Positions 52,713 to 64,000 of a DNA stretch of 64,000 nt are shown in pieces. The DNA comes from Acanthaster planci (lineage: Eukaryota): NCBI RefSeq assembly GCF_001949145.1, contig NW_019091356.1, positions 3,578,934 to 3,642,933 of the forward strand, given 5' to 3'. The position numbers and the translations under genes are program-made. Each line of letters begins with the position of its first letter. The stretch's first letter is position 1. The notes beneath the pieces are model-generated. The model did no database searches. It was not told where the DNA came from and saw only the letters and a program-made list of their open reading frames with translations.

Positions 52713-54900
52713 AACCCTGATATTTCTCACTTATTTACCAGCATGTAGTATGTGATTACAGACTGATTTAAATAAGGGAAACTTGCACATAATATAGGAA
52801 CACATCTTGGACAAACAGATTTTGGGTAATCCTGCCAAGAGTAACTGTGATCAGGGTGTTTTTACATGGGAAATATCAAATCATATTGTAATGTCACCGT
52901 CTGCACGTTGGTATACATAAACGACATTTCTAAGAGATGACATCACGTGATCAATTGATCCAATCAGGTAAAGTTTTGCGGTCTATTTTTAGCCACACAC
53001 ACTTCCCCTGGGGCACGGTCAAAATGTTCGTGTTGTTATGTTGGCGCTTGGCTCGGATAAATACTTTCATTTATTGCACGCTCAGTCCACCAAAGTGTTG
53101 CAGGAACCACCTGATGTAAGCGGGTTAGGACTGAAAACAGAAAAATAAAACATGCCACGGGGGAGATATTATTGTGCGAAAGTAAAAATAGAACCTGAAG
53201 GCCTTGTAAAATAGACAGGAAACAAGAATGAATGCGGAAGTAGATTGTATACCAAAATAGAAAATCAGCTCTGATCCGGGAATTTTTGCTGACAGGCCAT
53301 GCTTGGCTATGTGTAAATAAGTAAGCTTGTCAGTTTTGGGAACTAAATTATACCAATTAGACCCCCAGTGAATATCCTGAATTGTTGGAGGGTCTCATAT
53401 CAGGTCATGTCTGTAGTAGAATCGCACGGCATTCAGACAGGACTGTTTTGAACTGATTTGGGGTTTTTTGGAGGGGTATGGTAAATTAATTTCTTTTACC
53501 TTGACTTTACAAGGGCCACAAAGGGCTTACGTGCGAGTACTTAATGAATAGACTTCATTGTTCACTTTATCGAATTCGCTCATAGTTTTTTTATTATTAT
53601 TATTACTATTCAAACGCTCGTTCAACTTCAAACATCTTCCAATACAAAGCGTTGTTCGAATTAATGTTTTTACCGGGGACTTGCTGTGTTCAACATGCGT
53701 CTAAAACAAATCCTCCCCAAAATGCAACACCATTGCACAAGTTTGGGTATAAAAAAAAGGTTCTCTGTATTATTAGTCACTCTTACTAGCTTTCCAAAAT
53801 CTGGCATTAGACAAACCCGCGGTGGCGTACATTTGTACCGGAAATGGGGGAATGAGGGAGGGTGGGGTAACTTGCCTGGCCATGAAAATTTAAGAGAGGG
53901 ATGGGGGTGACACCATATGACTCTGTACAGAAGTCGATTTTTATGATACTGATTTACATCTGTAAAGTTATTCAAAAGGTAAATTCAAAATGGCAAATTT
54001 ATGGCTTTTATTTTTTTTTAAATCACTTTTTTTTTTTAGTAATACTGGCTGCCTTTTCGTCGTTGGAAGACTGAAAAATTCTTTAATTTGTTGCTCACCA
54101 CAAAAAATGAGGGGATGATTCAATAGCCCATCCAACCCCCCTAAACAGAGGGGATTTATGCCCGCGCAGTCCCGCAGATTTTACAAATCTCCGGGCATCT
54201 AAATTTATCATGTAGCCTGCCTATATAGAAAGGTTCAACGAGTGACATTAATTCACTGTTAGGATGTTCCAACATCATACATGTATTACAGTTAACGGTC
54301 AGGGTTTTTCCACTCAGATCTTCTTAAGTTACGTTACCAAGAGGTGTAGCCACTCGGTATATCTGGACTACAGTCGGTCGCTCGGTCGGTCGATAGTTTA
54401 CCGAAACGGATTTTCGCTCTACCATTTCTTCTTGTTAGAAATCATACTGAAGTTCGTTCATGTCATTGCCTAGACAAAGCCAAGATGAGCAGATTAAACG
54501 AATAATTATTGCTGAACGAAAGACTAAAATTAGTTTGTTTACGGTCACACGGTCACAAGTACCTCTTTGACAATTTCTTCGCACAAACAATATCCATGCA
54601 TGCTTGTCAGAGGGTATTACATTGGTTAATGCAATCGAAGGCATAATTCTTGGTCATATGACATTTTGTAGTCCGCTGTGGGCTGTGAGCCTCAAAATGT
54701 CTCAGGGTAAACAAGGTGTGTCTTGCACGACAAACTTGTTATTTAGAAGTCAGCCTTTTCGAATCTTCACCTCTGCGTGAATTAAACAAAAAAACAATGT
54801 TGTGTCAGTCGTGTGCCAAGCCGCTATCAATTGCCCATTTCTATATTTCGTTACTCAATAATCCATGTTTACCGGACCTGTTGTTTGCCGTGCCCGGGCG

Positions 54901-55198
54901 GTTGCCATGGTAGTGACGTCAATGTCCAAATTGCGTCACCGACCACAGTGGAAAAATATCCAGGCCGTTGCTATGGAAAACCACTAATAAATTGGCAGCT
55001 GATAAGCCCAGGCCAGTCATTACTAGTTTCATGTTAACGTTGTGCCATACCCATTTCGGGATTTCCACCCACCGCCAAGGTTTTGGAGCCTTGGAGGCGA
55101 GGCAACACTGTAACAGTTTGGCGTACTCTTCACAGTTGGGTTTGTGTTTTCGCAAGTTTGATAGTGTGCGGCTTTCATTTTTTGGTTCCCATGGTAAT
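54901..55198. promoter_or_regulatory. RFX X-box cluster with overlapping CRE
   Basis: GTTGCCATGGTAGT 54901-54914, TGACGTCA 54914-54921, GTTGCTATGGAAAA 54967-54980, GTTCCCATGGTAAT 55185-55198. Confidence 0.5.
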
Positions 55199-57300
55199 GC
55201 ATCATTAGTTTTCAGCTCGGCCTAAGCAAAAGTGATCATTCTTTTTCTCGAACATATGCTTGAACTGCCCCTGTTTAATATAAATCATTTATATTATAAA
55301 TTTTTCAAAATTTGGTCTTTTCGAAATTCTGTAAAACTGGAAAGGAATTCAAAATGAAGGCATCCATGCGTTTGGCCTCCACGCAGCAGTGTGTCACTGT
55401 CTTTACATAACTCCGACATCTTCAACTACGAGCACGCTAAAACGTCTTCTTGATGGGGTATAAACCACGCGGTGACCAGTGTAAGTAATTTGCCCCAAAG
55501 TGGTAGAAACGTACAGTCGTCGCTTAATTCCTCGTGGTTTCTGTTCGGAGCTTAATCCGTCCCTTATAATTTGCGTCGGTGGACCTTTTTACGACGCCCG
55601 TAAAACAGCCACTCAATGTATATGTATGTAATTTTTTATGTCATGGGCACGAGATATATCTTCACGTGGAACAATGATCTCTTGTGCACCAAATACTTCA
55701 GCGCGTGAGATACCTGTACCCACAAGGTAATTATTTCAAGGCCACGAGACATGCACGAAATTATAATGTTTACACAAATGGAATCTGCGCCTTTTTGACT
55801 AAAAAAGATTGTTGAGAACATGTTATTTCGACACAAACCAATACTGTGTAATACCTCCTAGCTCTAAATTATAAGTTCTGTAACCCTGGTTCTTGAGGTA
55901 AACGTAGAGCTAGCGATGATCAGTATTACTCGATTTCGTAATCAATACAGACACAGCATTTTGGCATTTAACCAAATGGGGGCGCCCTACACATTCGCCG
56001 ACTTCCACTACACCAAATTCGCGCCCATAGAAAACAGTGCAAAATCAGACCGAAATAGCGCCGCCTGTCGATTCTCAGGAAGAGGTTGGCCTCCTTTCGC
56101 TGGAAATTCAAATTATGGCCAGAAGATCACTTTTCGTTTAAATCTTATGGAGGTTAGCCACGATTTATTTTTATTCCTCTATCCCAGAAGATATCCCCAA
56201 AATAGTAGTAAAACTGTGCGCTCAGCTCTGAACGTAGCCGCCCGCCTCTATCCAAAATAGGCCCGCAATTTGGGGCTTTTTGTGAAAGAAATACCCCAAA
56301 CTGGAAACTATCAGTCCCAAAGTCGGGATTTATAGAAATATTTCTATAATCCATCTTGATTATGGCATACATTATTGTATAAACCCCGTGGGATCACAAG
56401 ATATTAACGAGAAATAGGACCATTTGGTGGAATGCACCCTTAATTAAATAACTTTAGAAAAAAATTATTGTACGAGTATGAACAATTCTCACTTAGTAAG
56501 AGAGGGCGCCAGATCAGTTTAAAGGATCCACGGAATGAATTTTTCTTAGAATCACTTTTTGTGTATCTCTGTACTCTTCTTCAGTGTATGAAGACTTCTT
56601 GACATCTGTTTTGAGCTACGTGAACTGAAAAGTACACTTTTTTAAACATTAAAACTTGACCGAGCATTTCTGGACAAGTGAGGGCGCTTTTTGCTTTGAT
56701 GTAAATGGAAGACATGGTTCAGGTTGCAAGTCTTTATGTTCAAATTGTTAACTCCAAATTTGCTATCTGAAACCATTTCATCGAAACGGTTGCTTGCTTG
56801 CTTATTGTCATATACTTACACAACAATAAATTGTCAAAGGAAATAAAATCTACAATAGCAGTGTTCAGAAAAATCCAGGAATTTCCTGCGTACAAATCAG
56901 TGCAACATTGAGGCTTAGTGCCTTGGATAACGTCACAGTTTTGCTCATGAATATGCAAATGTTATCAGCATAAAACCAAAAAAGCTCCACGATATGGGTT
57001 AAAATATTAGAAAACAAAAATTGTAAATGAGGTAAATTGAAACCTAAAGGTGCAATTTCAAGGTACTTAGTAAACGATTTCTATTTCATGGTCCCTTTGA
57101 CGTTTGCATATACTTACCGACCGTGTGAGGGGCGGAAACGAGGGGAAATTTACCGATGAATGAGTTCGTTTTCCGGCCGTTACCGGATGCCCTCGTTTGG
57201 CTAACATTTGCATGTTTCATTAAGGGAGACTCTTGTTCATGAGTTGGAGGGAGACTTCTCCCAGTCAGAATGCGGAAGGGTTTTGTTGGTCTATTTGTAA

Positions 57301-57728
57301 TTGCTCCACTCCCCATTCTAAGCGTGCTCCACCTCAGTCTAGTGATGCTTCATTCCTCACTCTGAGCGTGTTCAACCTCGGACTCGTGTTGCTCCACTCC
57401 TCATTCTAAATGTGCTCGACCTCTGTTTAGAGTTGCTTCACTCCTCGAGCGTGCTCCACCTCGGTCTGGTGATGTTCCACTCCTCGCTCTGAGCGTGCCT
57501 TACACCCCAGTCTTTTGTTGCTTCAATCCTCATTCTGAGCGTGCTCAGCCTTGGTCTGGTGATGTTCTACTCCTCATTCTGAGCGAGTTAGCCTCGGTCT
57601 GGTGATGTTCTACTCCTCATTCTAAGCGTGTTCAGACTCGGTCTGGTGATGTTCTACTCCTCATTCTGAGCGTGTTCCACCTCGGTCCAGTGTTGCTACA
57701 GTCTTCGTTCGAGCGAGCTCCTTCGGTC
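57301..57728. repeat. 44-bp minisatellite, ~10 diverged copies
   Basis: Consensus approximately ATGTTCTACTCCTCATTCTGAGCGTGCTCCACCTCGGTCTGGTG in tandem. Unit length is not a multiple of 3. Confidence 0.85.
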
Positions 57729-60700
57729 AGCCTGCGCTGCAAAAGTGGGTACTAGGCATGGCGCCGCCCAAACCTTGCAATCAACTTGAACACTTCTTTA
57801 CCTGTGTAAAGGTCTCGCTGTTAATTTGTTTTTGCTGTTTTAATCTGTTAAAGTTCCGATCTTACAATTTCGTATGCACGTGCACCGTTCCTCACGGTCG
57901 TAAAGTTTGAAGTCCGTGTTGTTGAAACAATACTGAGGCCTACAGCGGTGCATTTTTGGTGAACCATAAAGATAACCACTTCGTCGCTTACAAATGAACA
58001 AAACATTGTTTTCCGATCATTCTCAGGCAAAGATGGTCGGCGTCCACCTCTTGGGTTTCTCACGTGTCGTTTACAACGCATTCACAAAACAGCTCCCAAT
58101 TCCATGCAGTCTCTTCTGTTCGGCGTCAATCGCTTTAAATTAGTTAAACTTTGAATTAGGTTAACTTTACCTTTCGTTGCTCGCGTCACCCAATCTAAAG
58201 ACACAGAAATACCTCAGCAAGGAATGCAAGGGCTGAATGAATATGCACAGCACTGCAGTCGATGTCGCTCAAACATTATTGTATATTGTGCAGTCGATTT
58301 TTGAAGTTGTGTTTTTAAAAGTCACATCAGAAAAGCTGTCATAATATTTAATATTTAATAAGAAAAATGCAGCTTGATTCTTTAGGGGCCAAAAATTGCA
58401 TATAAATTGAGCTTTAAGTCGCATTTCAGAGATGTACATTTCGGCTCTTCAAGTGGCCGAAACAAACAGAATCCTTGGTCTAAACGAGCTGCCGGCTCCG
58501 TCCCAATCGGCCGGTGTGTTTGCTCATCAAACAACAGCGGAGGGTTGAGCGTAGAAACGCGGGTTAGATTTATTCAGCGGCACTTTCACCCGCGGAGCGC
58601 GGAACGGGCCAGGGTTGAGCGAGAGAGCGGTGCTCGTATGAGGCCTGGGACGGCTCGCTCCTGCCCCGCGGTAGCGCTGAAGTCGTTCTTTTAAAAAAAA
58701 ACTATCAATCCCTCATTAGCGGTGCCTGGCAGCTGCATGCTGCATGTTTTTTAAACGGTGCAGCGAGGTCCAGGGGTGTGGAAGTATTATACGGAGTGTT
58801 CGAGATGCAAGCCCCGATGTTTTTTAACCGTGCCGTTCTCGCAGTTTTTGCTCGTTCAGCCTGTCGCTAATTCAGTTCTCAGTATTTTCCAGTGGAGGAT
58901 GGGCCCTCGCTTCAATGGCTCGGTCAACTCGCGTTCCCGGAAGGTATAGAAAAGCAGCCCGGCCCATGAGGGGCGGAAGAAAGTGTCCAATTACTGATCA
59001 AATATCGGCCGGCGAGGCTTTAGCGGGAGAAACAATGAGGCGCTAAAAAAACAACATAGGCGATGATGCAGATGGGCCGCCTCCACGCGCTAGTATCGAG
59101 CCCAAAGTAGGAGAAGTATGGACGGCCGAAATGCTGCATCTCAAATCGTCCTGGCTTTGCATACACCCCCTCCCGCAAAGGGCTGTTCAGCATTATACTT
59201 TCATTCATGTGCCATGTATTTCCGACGCTCTCTCCGGCTATGACGCGTCGCTAGTTTGTCTTGAGCTGAACTTCAAAAGAATACCTTACGTCTTGCTCAA
59301 AATACGTTTGACAGCTGAGCGAGGCATCAGGAGACATGTGGTCCCACTGCATCTGTGAAACCCAAAAGGCTTCTAATTCATTTCTCTTTCTAATTATAGG
59401 AGGCTATTTCCAAGATTACTACCGCAGTTTTCTTTATAGATTTGACAATTAGGTGAATATTCCAACCAACTTTTGAAGTTTGTAATTAAGATCCAGTCAG
59501 CGCTCCATAACACTCGAAATTCCTGGAGGGCGGCAGCTTCCTCGCTACCGAACGGAAAAGCAATATATCCGTCGTTCCTTCAGTAAGACTCCAACTTGAA
59601 CATGAAAAGAGCGCGAGTTGACACGAGTCAAGCTGTAATCGACCTATTTTAACTGAAGGGTGCCGTGTTTTCGTAAGCGCAGCCATGATGGTCAAGTTTT
59701 CGTCGGCGTGGCGCAACAAGTGCCTACCCGCCGTCCTCGTGAGTGTTGGATAAGCCCAGTGTCCTGACATTAAAATGTGCGATTATACTTCAAAGGAGGG
59801 ACGCCGATGCCATACAGATTTTGACAAGGTAGGTTGGTTCCAAACGTAAGCGATAGTTGAAATGCCATGCGGAAACACAGTGGGAAAAAATGGAAATGAA
59901 AAATGAATTGAAAATCAACGAATAATCGGGGTTTTTTTGTAGCTGAATGAAGAGGATGCGCATGTGTGGATCTGTCTGCGCATGAGAGTAAGATAAACGT
60001 CAGGTCTGATTTCCGATGTCCCTGAGCTGAAGCAAGTTTAGAGAAATTATAAATTGGGACGGATTTGTTTGACCCTCCTTCTGCTGTAGCAGTCACAGTC
60101 AAAAATTTTCTCCACTTGAATTGCCCCAGTGCACGGACACATAGGGCTGTTTTAACTGGTTTTGAATGATAGAATGACTTTGCCACAGGAGGGTTAACAC
60201 GTGGCCAAAATTTTTTTGGGGGGGATTTCTTTAATACTCGCTGCAAATTTGTAGATTAAATAACTTACCGTCCTATCTCAAACAATTCCTAAATACAGTG
60301 GGAATGAAAACAAACTCAACGTGTAAAACAGAGCATAGCGGCTGGGCTTCCTTTATCTCCGAAAGCTGTCAACAGACGACGGAAAAAGAAAAGCTACTGC
60401 CTTTTGTTCTGGTCAACCCGGGGCGTCTGGTTCGACACCCAACTCGGAGAGCTACCCTTGTTAATCTCTTTTATCTTATTACGCCGGAACTGCATCTAAC
60501 ATTGTTGTCGCCTACCGTGCGCAAACAAGGCTTAAGTGCGCTTGTGGGGAGAGCATGCGATAAGGCAGGGAGGGGTCAAGCAGCGGTGTTTTTTTTGGGG
60601 GGGGGAGAGTTCAAGTGCTTCGAAGGCTCGACCCGGCTATCACCAGCCTACTTCCAATTTTCGTGAAGGGCGCCACCAAACTGCTGGCTTTTCCAGTCCA

Positions 60701-63700
60701 CAGATGCGATGATTATTTTGCTCATGATAAACTTCAATTTCTGCCGACAGAATATTCAATACTTACTTCTGTAGCCAATACGACAGGAACTCTTAAAATG
60801 CTCGCATCGTATTTATCCAGGGGTAGGCTTTTCTCCAATTAATTATTTGGTTTTGTTTTCATTGTCGTAGTTTCATTATTGTCAAAACTTTTGTATAGGC
60901 TACTTACGCAATTTGGCTATCTGAGCCATCGTTTGCCCGTGTATTTCGTGCAAATGAAATTGTGTCAGTATGGTAGAATAAATAAAATGGATTTCTAACA
61001 AAGATCGACTGATATTTTTTATGAGTGGAAACAATGAAGTGTGAGTCACCCGATCGGACTTTCATTTTCAGTAAAAAAAACAACCCAGTCACAAAAAATA
61101 TATATATCAAGGCCAACACAAGACCAACTGGGTTTCTCAAAAAACCTACTTATAATTTGACCCTTAGAGAAGGGATGACTTGATAATGGCGTTCAGAGAA
61201 ATTGAGCTGCTTCGTGAAAGGAAAAAAAAGGAGAAAATACCCCGTATTGTAGCATGGACGCAATGAAGTTAAAACCAGACAGCGTTTTATTTTTTATTTG
61301 TTATTATCATTTTAAGCTCTTTTTTCATTCCGCCTTCTTGGTTCAGTTCTGCTAGTGATACCATCCGGATCGCATCGCTGCTGGCCCCTCGTCGCCTTGA
61401 AAACAAACACCCAGCGCGCGCCACGCGACCCAACAGAGGGCTGGCCACGCAAAGTTGACGCAAGCCCCGCACGGGCCTTTCATACGCTAAAGAGCGTGGA
61501 TAGGCCGCCGAGTGGAACGAGGTCTACCCCTTATTATGTCTTTCCCTCTCCCGACATCCCCCCCCCAACCACCACCACCACACGCACACCCACCCACACA
61601 CCGTCCAAGTGGGCTTACACGCGTGGCTGGATGCAACTCGCGAGGCACCCGCGTGCAGGAGCCCGTGTTATCCGTCCTTATTGGGCTCGTAACGAGGTCG
61701 ATTTTTCGGGGGGGGGCGGCAAAACCCCACCCCGTTCCTCGATGAGACGATTTTGGAATGGCTGCGTAAAATGGCTGTGTAGAACTGCAATAACGGGGCC
61801 GAGTGCATATTACGGACTACCCGGGGGGTGTCGCAAGGGAGCGTGTAATAATTAATCCTGTTCATCTCACGTGCCATGTTTCACTTACCCCGGAGCTCTG
61901 AAACAGGATTTTTTAGTTGCTCGCTGATGCATTGACGTAGGCAACATTATTTCTTTGTTGAGTGTCCGAATTTAAACTACTCCTCAAGGGAAATGCAAGT
62001 ATGGTTAGGACCTATACGTCATGGGGGGGGAGCACATTGTTAGCAGTGAGATTGTACCGTGAATAAACACTGTACAGTCCGGACCTTCATGCGTCAAACA
62101 ATGAAGACACTGAAGTCGCATTCTTTCTAGCCGTTGTAACTTGTACTTTCCTCAAGAGGGCGTACATCACATCTTGCCCGGTCGTGTTTAAAAAACAAAC
62201 GAAAAACGAAAACAACACGCTTGAGTAATCAGCCTTGAATGAAGACTATAATCGTGGCTCTGGGGGATTTTATTTTCAAAGGTGCGAATCTCAACAGGGG
62301 AAAGAGCTTCCACGAAGCCTGATGACTACAGCTTCCTCTTAAGACTGACAACTGAACCATTTCTCATAGGAAAGTACTTGGCGTATGCTCTGACTGTATA
62401 CGAGGCAAGATATGGGACGGAGGGGTACCCCCCTGTCCAATCCCTATACACACTCTGGACTATAGTTACCTAACACATCCCCCGAAGTCTGTAAAGAATT
62501 CCTGAGATTCCGATCAAACAATGACTAACACGAAGGCGGGGGGGGGGTTCTCTCCGTGCCATATCTTGCTTCAAATGCCCGACTGTTTTGTAATAAACAA
62601 GAAAGAAAGAATTGCTGTCCGGTCAGAGTACACCTGGCGACTACTTCCATCTTGTGATGTTACTATCGCTGTGATTCTCGGAGAAAAATTCGATTATGTA
62701 CGAATTCGCTGTATGGTTTTCTATACTTGTAAATGGATGAATGAATTACCAGTATTTTCAATGTCTTTTGTAACATCCAAATTTTACAAAGAGTCAAACA
62801 CATCTTTAAAGGCCCACGATTCAACCAAAACGTGTGGAATTTTATCGCTCTGAAAGGTTAATCTCTATTTTAGAAATATTGTTGAGTCGTATTCACTATG
62901 CCTTGACCTTTTTTCTCCAGCCGGCCATCTTGCCTCATCGCTGATTATCTGTCGTTTTGTTAATTAATGCGGTTAATCGCTTTTACGCCGTGCCTGCTTA
63001 TCTTACCTATTCTGTTTGTTTTCCGCACGCCGAGCCATCATCGGTGCCAAAATCTTCTGTCGTAAATTGCGGGATCGTTGGCTCCCGCAAACCGCTATCA
63101 AAAAAAGGCACACAGGTCGAAATGACACAGCTTTAAGATAATGAAATAGGTGCTTAGGGACGACATTATGAGGTTTGTTTACCAGATATCGCTGGTTTCG
63201 TTTATTGGACGTTTTTGTCCACCATCGTGTCGCGTAGTTAGGGCTCTAGCCGTCGCGTGCCCGGCACGCGAGTAATTGAAGTCAGTCACTGTTTCAAAGT
63301 CAGAGGTTTTCTTTTTCGTGACACGGGAATTGTGGTCGGGCGTAGTGGTCACGCACTCAAGTTTTAGATAACAGTAATGAACGCATATCGATAAACGGGA
63401 AATGCGTCCGTCGTGCGCAGCACGTTGGCACAAAGGAGTTCAAAAATCAGGGGACGGGATCACAACCTACTCGCCAAGTTGGCCAGAGTGTAGTGACCAC
63501 TTTTGGATGGGGTAGGGGGACAGTGGTTCAAACTGACGCAGAGAACGCATCAAGAGACATTAATGTAGGCACCTTCAGCTTGCCAGTGTCAAGTCACAGT
63601 TGGTTTTTATCCTATACAAGAGACTGCTAAAACTATGGCTGGCCGTTAGTACAAAAGTAAAAGAAAACGCACAGTGTGTACAACATCCCAAGCAGCTATC

Positions 63701-64000
63701 AGAAAACCCGAATATACAGGTACTACTAAATACCACATGAAAATACAACCCTCGTGAAAATTAATTTGAACAAAATTGTGGTAAAAATTGAACATTAAGC
63801 AAAAGGGTGATTTTTCTGCAAACTTTGACCGTCCAAAAATTGCAGCCTAGGCAAAACGAGAGTGGTCTATAACATACAGAACAAGCCGTTTGACTGTGGG
63901 AGCGTACGCACGTGTCAGTGTAGGGTTCACATCCAATTATTATGCGCAGGAAACTGAGGCACAAGTATATTCTCCTCAGTTGTGTCGCTCTTCCGTGGGC

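Noticed and set aside
57110..57120. ATACTTACC resembling the U1 snRNA 5' end near octamer motifs
   Set aside because: Following sequence does not match U1; better explained as the reverse complement of a splice donor.
57301..57728. CRISPR-like array
   Set aside because: Units are contiguous diverged repeats without unique spacers; eukaryotic context and no cas genes.
45632..61855. ORFs of 150-190 aa at 45632, 59770 and 61355
   Set aside because: No recognisable domains or splice-compatible structure; composition typical of non-coding DNA.
61889..61897. Possible 9-nt microexon (cag|AGCTCCGGG|GTAAGT, minus strand)
   Set aside because: Poor pyrimidine tract and no host exon chain identified in this region.

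Overview
Eukaryotic genomic DNA from an animal. The abundant ACATGT microrepeats, poly-G/poly-A runs, three N gaps and spliceosomal introns suggest an invertebrate deuterostome (amphioxus- or echinoderm-like), but the species is inferred, not established. Most of the window (~1-52.7 kb, minus strand) is the 5' half of a class IIa histone deacetylase gene (HDAC4/5/7/9 family). Phase-compatible GT-AG exons encode the Q-rich domain, the MEF2-binding segment, the RKTAS 14-3-3 site with NLS, PGSGPSSP and LYTSPSLPNISLGLP. The catalytic domain lies beyond the left edge. The large 5' introns hold several candidate alternative first exons and promoters, twelve strict MEF2 consensus sites, MITE-like inverted-repeat elements, LINE/SINE relics and ACATGT repeats. 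The 3' introns hold up to three candidate stop-containing exons that would give deacetylase-less (MITR-like) or NMD isoforms. Beyond ~52.7 kb the sequence is CpG-richer upstream/intergenic DNA with an RFX/CRE cluster, an octamer cluster and a 44-bp minisatellite. No prokaryotic-type system, CRISPR array or intact transposase was seen. Nearly all ORFs in the supplied track are spurious.
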